Under the pieces are notes generated by a model that ran no database searches, was not told the DNA's origin, and saw nothing but the letters and a program-made list of their open reading frames with translations. A stretch of DNA of 64,000 nucleotides from the NCBI GenBank assembly GCA_040954595.2, contig CM082578.2, positions 16,538,998 through 16,602,997 of the forward strand. Reading direction: 5' to 3'. Each line of letters begins with the position of its first letter. Position 1 is the first letter of the stretch. This document shows positions 12,501 to 24,500 of the stretch, one piece after another. The translations under genes were made by a program, and so were the position numbers. This DNA is from Balanoglossus misakiensis. Lineage: Eukaryota; Animalia; Hemichordata.

Positions 12501-15500
12501 CTTTAGTTTCTGTGGTCACGACAAAGAGTGTATTTTTCTGGTACATAGTTTGCATGATCATTTTCTTTATACCCCATTCAACAAAATGTGTCCACTTATC
12601 AATTTTCACTATTCATCTAACGAGTCACATTACCATGTTTTAGAAAGTTTGCAGTTGATAATAACAACATGGAAGTTGTGGCATTGGGGCCATGCTCATA
12701 TTGCTAAACTCTTCAGTAGAATCACTTTTATTGGTTAATGTTTTACGTTTACATTAAATTAACTGAAGCCAAAAATCTTAAGGTAACACTGTTCCCGATT
12801 CTAGCTACTAATAAGATTTTTTACGGCCATACATTAGCTGCCGTATAATTCTTTGCTCTTGGGAATTTGAATAGTGTCGGCTATAAAATTTAGCCGTCTG
12901 AAGTCTTTCTTCAAATTGTGCTCTGTGGCAATTGTGTGTTGGCAGAATAATTTAGACTCTGCGTGAATGACATTTAATCAATTTGTGATGCAAAAGTGAA
13001 AAGCTGGCCAGCAAACAATGCAAGGGGAGATTTTTCATCAGAGCCGTCGATTAGAATGCCGGCCGCCATCTTGATATGCGAATATTGCAGAACAGTCTGA
13101 AATGAACTCATTATGTTGCTTTAAAGCGAGTGTACATTTCGTACTGACTTGGAAAATAACCCTGCTACTTCAGAGAAAGCCGAGGGTTTCACAGTCATTA
13201 ATGATAAACTGAGAAACTCCCAGTGACGTCAATGCGTGTGTCAATCAAACTGTTTGTATAGTAACGAGCTAAGAATAGTGCATGTGCTAATAAACCACGG
13301 GCAGTGTATTTTCAGTGGTGCAGCATATAGTCTCCCTGAAAGGTTCGGCCATGAGCCGATGATGGGGGCCAACTTGGGGGTTCACTGCAACCCTCAAAAA
13401 ACAGCCAGTCTCAGAAAATTGCGTTACTACAGAAACGGTATTTTGTCCGATGTGATTGTAATATTGGGATAGGACGGATCAAAATGTTTTTTGTATTTCT
13501 TCAAAAGAGACTTCCAATTTTGCGTAAATGCATTCTTTATGCAAACCTGGCTCATTTTCAGACATCTCAGAAAAATGATTTTCAGTGTTAGTGTAATCTC
13601 CACTGATCTTCAATTATTTGTCACACATTTCAGTCAGTAACACTTTATCTTGAGATTGCTGTTTTTATGAAAAATAACATTCTTGCATAATCAAGGTATT
13701 TCATTGATTGAACTTGAAAATGAAATGCAGTATTAAACTTTTTGTGGAATACAACTATTTCATTAAGTCGATAAATGGTTCTGGTATACGTTTATTGTAG
13801 TAGACATCTGATTTTGCTTTTCGTTCATAATACCTAAAGTGCATGTGATTCATTAGCATTTTTCCTCCTGTATTATTCAATATTGAAATTGCTAAAAGCA
13901 TTGATCTGTGCTCAACAAACTGCACATAATGAAATTACCGAGTGAAATGTAGCAGCCAGCTTTTTACCCTGTGATTGTGTTACTCTCATCAATACACTCT
14001 GTTGTTGACAATGGAACCATGCTCTGTATCTTGTTTCAAATGGGAAATTCCAGACCGAGTTGAAAGGTCAGAGGTGAAAATAAGGTCAGATAATCATGTC
14101 CACATGTAGTGTACTATGATGTAGTGTACACATACATCATAGCTTGAAAAGAATTTTTAAATTATATAGACTGCAAATGAGAATATATAAAATACAGTAT
14201 CAATTTTCATTTTCAGGGCCAGAGTTTTATTTAAAAAGCCAGATACAGATCAGTTTACTAATTTGTGTACCTGAAAGGAGTTGGACAGTGTAAGATGATA
14301 GGGCTTAACAAAGTTTATATCCCAGCGGAGTTCCTTGTTGCTAATGTATCCTCCAAATTTACATATTTAAATCTGTCTGTGGAAATGTGTTAGGTGTGTC
14401 ACAGTTCAATCTTGGAATAGTTATTCAAGCGTTGCTTCACGCCATATTCTGTGCCAGAGTACACATTTAAAACGGTAGTATTTCACAAATCCTGCACTAT
14501 TCAGTTTGATTGATTTGACACACGTCGTTGTTGGCCCCATGTGTATATTGAAAAGGAATAGCAGTTAAGACACCTCAATCTGCCTTTCTGTGTTTCATTT
14601 CTGTCGCGTACAGAACTTGTTCCGATCAAATTACATATTTGTCAGGTTAATCAACACATTCGTCATGCATGTGTGTATGTGAGTGCGACGTGAGTTGTTT
14701 TATGATGCGGTATACATGGTTTAATATGCGTGATGTGATTTTTTTTTGCCTGTGTGTGCACTCTACATGTATGTATGATGTGTCTTGTTTCTGGAGGGGG
14801 ATGTCAAAGAAAATGCTAGTACAATTAGCCATACACATACACACACACACATACATCTACACATGCATGACACACCTGTTCACATAAAAACCTACACGTA
14901 CACACAATTGTGTATTAGGTAAAGCATGGTGTATTGCCACCTGACCAGTTTCAGTCATGAAATATTGATAGACAGAAGCATGAGTGGGCTGTAAGTATGT
15001 TGCATCTGCCCAGCTTTCATTTCCTGGCAATTTTTAAATTGCATACATTTGTCATTTCCTGGTGTGTGTTAACTCTTACATCCATCTACAGCTGGGACTA
15101 CTATACCTTACTGTAAGGTATATTCGTCTCAGATCTACAGTCCGGAAAGATAATGCACCCATCCTTGGTTGCTGTGCAGTCGCCATGGCAACTGTAAATG
15201 GCATCGCTGAATAACATCACTCAGGATGTTTTAAAAATATCACTCAGGATGTTGAATTTGTTTTGAGAAGGTGGCCCAGACGATCTTATCAACCATCTTT
15301 AATTATTCTGGCAGTGAAAGTTTGTCAGCTGTTGTGGAAAGACTGACTTTGGGGAAATCTGTTTTCCCAGTGTTTGTCAATAGAGGGCGCTATCATTCAT
15401 AGTGGCAGGGGGGGGGGGGAGTTTTGTGAGTTTTTGATCACAGGTAACAGGTCAAAAATGACAGCAATTTATGTCAGCCATATCTATGAAGTATATACAT

Positions 15501-18500
15501 GATTGAAAATGTTTGATTTGATTAAACAGTAAAGATCATATATATAGATGTCAATACTGTATTAATCTTTTCCATACATTTTATTGTATTTTGCAGCTTG
15601 ATAATGCTGATGAACAAGCAGCTCAGATTAGAAGAGAGTTGGATGGCAGGTTACAACAGGCAGAAAGAATTGCGAGGGTGAGTCCCACGAAGTGATCTCA
15701 GTTTGTCACAGAAATGTGTTCTCTGTAATAGATTAGCTCCCAATGTTAAGAACAAACTTGAAACACTCCTAGGAATCATTCTGATGAAATTTGGAACTTG
15801 CAATTTTGTGTTTTGTCTTGTGTGCACTACAGACACGGAATGGGCCAAAGTTCATCGTCAAGGAGATGGAGGGCATGTATGTGGAAGAATTAAGATCAGC
15901 TGTCAATTTATTGATGGCTAATCTTGAAAGTTTGCCCGTATCCAAGGGAAACACAGACTCCAAATATTCCATACAGAAACTTAAGAGGTAATCTCTCAGA
16001 AATCATTCTAGCTAATCTTTTCTCTACTAGTGATAATGACAGAAATTCAAAGGATGAGAAATAAAAATGCTTGTGCATGTGTTGGAATGGTAGCACAATG
16101 ATTTGAAGCAACTCTTTTTCCTGTGAACTGCTGTAATATTAATAATGACAGTTTCAGTATATAGGCAAAATGACATGATGTGAATGGATGGCGATACTGA
16201 CAACATTTTAAACGCCAATGCATGGTTTAACAATGTACTAACAGGGCACAGAACACCGCAGTGTCTATGATGGAAGTCACAGAAGATTCAGAGCCTACTT
16301 TATCCAAGTCTGATGTGGTCTTATCGTTTACACTCGAGGTAAGATTGACACAGTAAAATTAACAGAAACCAAATGTAGTCAGCATGGGAACTTGAATTTT
16401 TTTTTTCTATAAATTGCATCCTTGGCTGTCAAACTTTGATTTAATTGGTGTGAATCAAATGTTTTGAGGTTGGTTTCATGCAAGCGACTAATGGGAGTGT
16501 GACTGTATCCTGCAGGTAGTCGTGATGGAAGTGCAAGGTCTTAGGTCTCTGTCTGGAAACAGGATTGTGTATTGCACCATGGAAGTGGATGGAGGAGAGA
16601 AACTACAAACAGACCAAGCCGAAGCCAGCAAACCATGGTGAGTGGTAGAATGAGTGATGCAGTGGTTTGTTAAAGACTCTGAAGAAATCCTGGTGGTGAT
16701 ACGAAAATAAAAATTTATGTACTGTGTATATAAAATATGCTTATAGGACTGATTTCTTTGTTGGCTTTCTTTTCCTTCCACGACAGCTGGGATACACAGG
16801 GTGATTTCACCACTACACATCCACTGCCTGTAGTTAAAGTCAAGTTATACACAGAGAGTACGGGTGTACTTAGTATTGATGACACCTTACTTGGCAAGGT
16901 ATGTTGTCTCTGTATTTGTTTTTCTGTCTGTCTGTGAGACTGTGATCTTCTACTGTGCTGTCTTGTATTGTCCTCTCCAGTTCTATGCATTGAGAGTCTT
17001 TCCTGTGTCATATTTCATGAGCTGACAGTGCTTTCAATCATACAACAGGTTGTTATTCGACCCACACCAAACAGTCCCAAGACTCCAGAGTGGTACAAGA
17101 TGACAACACCGAAACATGTGACCGACAACATCAAGATTAAGATCGCCATTAGAATGGACAAGCCACAGAATATGAAGTACTGTGGGTAAGTTAGTCTCGG
17201 TTGCCCATCCTTCTGTCTTCCAGTCTCTCTAGACTGTCCTTCAGTCTTCCAACTCTGTGCTTCTACCTTGAAACTCCACTGGAGCAGTCTTAAAACCAAT
17301 ATATGACCCATGGAGAGAGATGTGGACAGTGGCTAGTCACCTTTTCATTTTTGAGGTCATTAGCTGATATTAGTTGAACTGCTAAAGTTTCCATGACAAA
17401 TACATTTGGTTTATCTGATGACTTCCAACAGGTGGGTCTTTGCGCTCGGCAAAACAGTTTGGAAGAAATGGAAGAGAAGGTTCTTTGTCTTAGTGCAAGT
17501 AAGTGAACAGTGAGAGATAATTACTATATGGATTGGATGTTGACTTCTGATTATCAGAGATGTGTTGTTGCAGCTACAAGATTTCTCTATCCAGATCATT
17601 GCTGCTCATTAGGGTTATTTATCAATGTTCTTACTAAGAGTGGTTGTCACTGTCGGGATTCACTTTTGACGTCAATTTCTGTCTCTCTCTCTGTTGCCAG
17701 GTAAGTCAATACACGTTTGCAATGTGCAGCTACCGTGAGAAGAAAGCTGATCCGCATGAAATGATGCAGATCGATGGATACACTGTGGACTACACAGACC
17801 TAGTCACAGGTTTGCACTCAATTGCCATTTTTTTCTGAGCTCTTAATATTTCAGAATCAGTGATGTTGTTTGTCTGTTATCATATTGATCAGTAAGATCA
17901 CCATGTTTGTTACTGAAATAAAACACTGGCCTGGTAATCTCAGAAATATGTCTTCTGCATACAGATCTGGAAGGTGGGCGACATTTCTTCAATGCAGTGA
18001 GAGAGGGCGACAGCATAATCTTCGCCAGCGAGGAGGAAGTAGAGAGGCAGCTGTGGGTTCAAGCTCTGTACAGAGCCACAGGACAGTCTCACAAGCCAGT
18101 GCCACCAACTCAGATGGTGACGACGGCCAGTAAAAGCAATACTATCATCTCCAGGATGCAAGGAGGTGAGTTTTGAAGTGTAGAGGTCAGAGGTCGTGCA
18201 ATATTACCCAGAATTCACTTTGTTCTTTGCGCTGGCTGTAGTGTGTAGTCACCTGAGTGATGATTTTCTTTTTTGTCTTCTCTTGTAACAGATGCTGACA
18301 GAGCCAGGAAGCATGGAATGGATGAGTTCATCACGGCAGATCCCTGCAAATTCCGACATGCCAATTTGTTTGAAATCTTGCAGAGGTTGACTTTAGATCA
18401 CAGACTCAATGATTCCTACTCGTGCCTGGTGAGTTTATCTCATTTAGACAACTGTGGTTAATATGCACTGTGATCCTTCTGTCTGTGGTTGACAAATGCA

Positions 18501-21500
18501 ACACTTGGGAAACTTGCTGTGATAATTAAAGCATTCAAGTCACTATACTTTGTGTAATTTCCGTCTTTCCTAGGGTTGGTTCAGTCCCGGCCAGGTTTTT
18601 GTCTTGGATGAGTACTGTGCAAGGTACGGTGTGAGGGGATGCCATCGACATCTGAGTTATCTGAGTGATCTCTTAGACAGAGCAGAGGGTGGTACTATGA
18701 TAGACCCAACCCTGATCCATTATAGCTTCGCCTTCTGTGCCTCACACATACACGGAAACAGGTGAGAGAGAAAAAAAAATATCATATGACACACAGTAAC
18801 AAACATGTGACCCGCCATGTGACACAGATGTAACAGACATGTGACATGCAACAGATACGTGGTACACTTACATATAAAAAATGAATAATAACATTTGTGA
18901 TTTTGATATCTGGATCCTCCCAGGCCTGATGGGATTGGCACGGTCAGCCAGGAAGAAAAGGACAAATTTGAAGAGATCAAAGACAGACTGCGTTGTCTCT
19001 TGGAATATCAAATCACAAACTTCAGGTAAATATGACTGGTTTTATCAAAACATGCACAATTCATTTGGTCAAATACAGAGTTATCTTTTTGGGGTGGAAA
19101 ATCAGTGCAGGATTCTGCTGCAGAAGTTATGTGATTGTCAGAGAGTCTAAGTTAGGTGTCATTGCTCTGTTTCAGGTACTGTTTCCCGTTTGGTCGACCG
19201 GAAGGAGCTCTCAAAGCAACATTGTCATTGTTAGAGAGGGTAAGCAACTTTCTCTGGACTTTCTGCCTTCTTTTGGATTGTATGGCGTTGGATGCATCGA
19301 GGTTTCGGGTTTTTCTTTGACCTAAACTCTGGCACCGTCCTCTTTGAACCTGACAGGTGTTGATGAAAGACATAGTAACACCAGCTCCACAGGAAGAAGT
19401 CTACACAACAATCAGAAAGTGTCTTCAGAATGCAGCCTTGGTCAATTATGAACGCGTCTCATCATATGCCAAGATTGAAGGTACGGTAACATGGCTTGGA
19501 AATGCTACATTTGATTTCAATAAAAAGGTGCGACTGAGTGTCAGTTCTACTAACAGTAGTGCTGGTCTACCAAGTGTGTAACAAAGTATTCATCTGTATG
19601 GACGTTGATTTTTTCTGTTAAACTCCAGCTGAATTTATCATGATTTTCCATTGTAACCACATTTATATGTCATATAGTGGTTATATTTAATTTTGCCCAA
19701 TTTGGTCAAAGATTTGATCTTTTATTTTTGCAATTTATGTTTTTCCCCCACTTTTAATGTCAGTTCATGTAATAGATACCAGCTGATAGATACAAGGTAA
19801 ATTCTTGCTGTAATAAACACCTTAGTTTTATTCTTTGATCTTTCAGTCCTACTGCAGGAATCATCACTTTTTGCACTATTTTTTCCATCCGAAGCTGCCA
19901 TTTTCTTTCTGTTGATTTTGTGTGATTTTGAACTTTTTGATCTTCATACTTCTGTAGTACTCAGCAGACGGCTTGTGCATTACATTACACATGGCCGTTT
20001 TTTGTGAATTTTCAAGTAGTATTTACCATACACACCATAAGATTTGCTATGTACAGCAATGCTGTCTATGGTGTATGCTGTATATGGCATTACCAATTGT
20101 GGTATTTTGCCATACACAACATTGCTGTTGGTGGGTTTTTGCCATATGTAGGATGTATTGTCATGTCTCAGGTGCCTCTGGATGGAGCCACCACAGGTCG
20201 ACTTCAAATTTACATGTACTTTATTTTTATCCCCACATTCCCCATGACACCGGGACTGGGTTACTCTGTGGTGCCAAATCCACCCACTTCATTTTTCCAG
20301 GATTTTATTATCTGATACTAATCAGAGTGTTCTTTCTTCATACCTGGTCTGATATTATTCTTATTTAATTCCCCACCCTTAAAACCTTGTTAATTTCACC
20401 TAAATTTTATAATTTTCACTTCCACTCCCCCGATAACATGCCCCATATCTGATCATTTCTTTGTCATGCTTGCCATCCAAACTAGGGAACACTATGGATA
20501 TCAAGAGAGGTGATCATTTCAAATCTGTTAATTTGTGTCTACCTTTAGATGTAAATGTGATGTGACCATAGGATGTGTGTGTCAGTGTCTGTCATTTCTG
20601 TCAATTTCCAGCATGTTTATGACTTGCTTGATTCTTAAATGTGGTGTCTCAGATTGCACATCTTTGTCTACCACTGTTATAGTAGCACTCGTAGTCACTC
20701 TGTCCTCTGCAGCATGAGATGCATGTCTACTCCCCTCTATCACCTTTGTCTAGAAATTACTTAGCAGGCTGGTCATTGAATTATGAATGACCTGTCGTGT
20801 CATCGTGTTATTTATTGCAGACACACACTGGCATTAGGCATGCAGAATACATTCACACACTCACACACACACACACATTGATTTAATTGTTTGGGTTTTG
20901 TGGTACATTTGTATTTTACCCATGCCAAAAATAACAACATCCATCCTCTACATTTTTTTTCTAATCACGTATGAAATTTAGATTTTTAAAATTTTGATTT
21001 ATTAGCTCACCCATCAGTTTTGTAATGTATAAAGTCTTAAAAATAGATATATTGCAGATGAATTTAAGCACAATCTGAATGTCTTGTAGACTTGAGAGTA
21101 GTGATCCATATTTTTGAATGTCCCAGGTGTAGTTGCAAGTAGATAGACTAGATGTTATATCCTGTGAAGTGCTGTTTAGGGGTAAGTGCTTTTATAGCAC
21201 ACGGTAACAGGTACAGATTTTCGGTAAAAGTAATATTGCTGTTGGTTTATTTAGATGATACCAATTTGTAGCTCCCACACTCAACACACACACACACCAC
21301 TAAATTGTAGAACAAAGAAGTTTTTTCCCATTTAGTATAGATATTTGCAAAGTTGTTGTTTAACCCTTTCACCCCTAGTTCCCTCTTTAGAGGGCCAACT
21401 TTACCACAGAAAACAATGGGTTTGGACTGAACCATGGTGGTGAAAGGGTTAAAGCATCTCTGATCTGTGCGTTCTGACACTTGACATTTCTTCACCATCA

Positions 21501-24500
21501 TCAGACACTCTGTCAGCAGAGAACCTGACACCACAGCGCAAACTGGAAGAACTGATGCACCTGGCCGAACTTTGCATCGACGTCTTGCAACAGAATGAAG
21601 AGCATCATGCAGAGGTGGGTTGTCCTCTCTCTCCTCCCAAGCCTCACAGTGTCTGTCACTAGGTGTATCACTGTCTGTGCATTCTATCTTCTGACAAACG
21701 CATGTGTGTATATTGTGTCTCTCTGTGTGCCTTCGCTTCGTTTCTATCTTCTCACCATTGCATACAGCCTCTAATAATACAAATTAAAACATAATCAGTA
21801 CTTCTCACACTTCTTAAGGATCTTCTCTGTAGCTACAAGACAAAAATAATACTGAAATGCTAGGTTTCCTTCTTTTAAAAAAAATCAAGTCGTTTTTATA
21901 GTTAGTCTGTGTAAATCCTGATACAAAAAAATACCTGATGCAAAACTGGAATGTGTGTTCATACCGTCTCAAAACTACTCTTCTTTACAGCTCTACAAAA
22001 AGCCCAAAGTAAGCCATTCATTCATTCACGGTTTGTGTGTCCTTACTTCGTAATCTTGCTGTGTTTTTCATTTTAAGATCATGTGCCGTTGTTGTAAATG
22101 TGTCTAGGTTCTCTCACACTCATGCTGCTACCATCCCTTCCCACAGTTCAGTGTTTTCCAGTCACTCACTCCGCATTGTGTCATTGGTGGGAAGAAAATA
22201 AAAAAGAGACGAGGCTCTGTCAAAATCACAACCAAGACCAGTCACACACCTTCTTGATGCCTACCATCTCTGACAATCACTGCAGCCCAGGCAGGAGCTT
22301 CTAAAATCAGTCCTCTGATGTCCCATCAATGACTAGTGCCTATCATTACACCCCTCTCTCTATCTCTCTGTCTCCCTCACCCCTTCTCTTTCCAATGTTC
22401 TCTCTCTCTCTCCCTCTCTCTCTGCCTGTCTCTGTCTCTCTCTAAACTTACAGTTGTGTTCAGATTCTACTCAAAGACACGTCACTGACAGTACAAGAAC
22501 CATCTCGTAGTAACCATTTCATACCACCCAAAACCCACACACACTAACATGTGTTGTCAACATTTAAACATAGACAGGAAAACAAAGGTAGAAACATCTT
22601 GTGTTGTCAGTGTTGGTTTTTGAGATAAACACAGTAATGACCCAGGAGTTTTGTACATAATTCAGATTACGATGTCTGTTTTTCAGGATAAAAAAATCTG
22701 AACGTAGTCTTGAAAAAAGCAGTACAATGGAAAACTACCTTGGTTATAACTGATGATTTTTTTAATTATATTTTTTTGCTTTATTAATTTAAATTTATTA
22801 GTAGTCCAAAGCAAGTTACCCATATTGGATTGGACACCATGGCATGGCTCTATGCAAAGAACATAAAACTGGTCAAGTTTAGTGCTACATGTGTCTTGGT
22901 TCCGTATCACAGGTTGCAAATTCCTGCAATGAAGTCATGACACTTGTTGACAAATAATTCTTACAAGTTGTGTTTATTTTGTTACAAACATAAAACAGCC
23001 CCACTGTGCCCAAGATTTGTATGCCTCCACTGGGTGCATTGCCCTGGCCACAGATACCACAGTATTATCTCGTGCCTGACAAACATACCTAGAGTTAATA
23101 TCAGCCTCAATGCATTCTATGCTTGCGGAACTACTTTTGCACTTTGAAGCCTGATGTACACCACAGACATTCAGCCATCAATAAACAAAGAAAACATTAA
23201 GAAACGTGTTCAGTTTTATATTGTATGAGTGCAAAACAGTAAAGTGGTGGTCTTATTACCTACTGACACACTTTTTTTCAATACAGAACAAAAATACTTA
23301 ATTGATCTATTTGTACTTGACTGCACAGGATGCATACAATAGCACCTTCAAATAACATTGTTTTGTTCATTATTTTGTCAAAGAAACGAAAACCATCACA
23401 TTCACTTATATATCACTCAATGTGCCCTTTCATTCCACACTTTAAGCAGCACATTATCTTTTTTTACCAAAAAACACGTACAACATTGATCTTTGCATGC
23501 GGCATGCATCATGACAAGGTGTCAACCCAATTTTCGCACGTGTGAAGATTTGTCCAATTTTTTTTCTTGTTCGATGTCTGCATATTTAGTCGTTGTTTGG
23601 TATTTGTGAGTCCAACTTTTTTGTGTAGCATAGAATTTTTTCTAGTTCTTTTCAAAAATTGCAAATCTGAATCTTTGCTTTTTGCCAAGGATATTAAGCT
23701 CACTTTTTGAAACTGAAAGTTCATACCTATCGCAACTCATACATTTCACTCAAAGCCATCACCAGCTGTGTTACCCCCCCCCCCTCACAAACCATATTTC
23801 ATTTGCTACCTGCCACCACCCTCTTCCCTCCCCTCCCCTCCGCACCCCACCTTTACTAACCCCACTTAACCACGAAGGAAATACATCTTTTTAATACTGC
23901 AATGTATTTATCACAGTGCTCCCCAAATGTTGGTATCCCCTAAGTACTGTGTTGTATGTGTAATTTCATTATGTAAGCTCATATCAGTCTGGCATTACCA
24001 GGACAGAAATACCTCCGAAAGCCAAATTAACTGCGGTAGTATTTTCTGTTCTTTTTTGTGATTTTCAATGAACTCATTTTATCGCTGTCTGTTTCCTTGT
24101 TGTGTAGTTTGTTTTCAGTAGCAGAGTACAAATAGTAAAAGTGGTTCATATGAGAATACCTGTTACATCCTCTTAACAATGATAATTTCATGCAAGGTTC
24201 GGGTTTGAGCCAATGTACCTGTCACTCGCACACATCATCTTTGTTATTTTTCTCGGCTGGTGGTTTTGATTGGTTGATAGTGGTTTTGTTTCATTTGTGC
24301 CACGTCATTGGAAGTGGTGTGATTGGTCCAGAATGTTGTGAATAGTTTGCACAGCAGACTGCTTAAAAAAAAAGATGAACAAAATTAATAAAAGGTGTCT
24401 TTGAAAAACCATGTATCCTCTTGGAAATAAAAGTCAGAGAGTTACTGTAAATTTCAGCCTTGAAATATCACAGTGCAATGGGCTGTGGAAGGCAACCTTT

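Noticed and set aside
22454-22510. Acceptor after a long CT-repeat tract
   Set aside because: No credible donor before an in-frame TAG. The tract is probably a microsatellite.
22574-22587. Short AG...GT segment in CAPS intron 16
   Set aside because: Possible lengths of 10 or 14 nt break the frame, and there is no pyrimidine tract.
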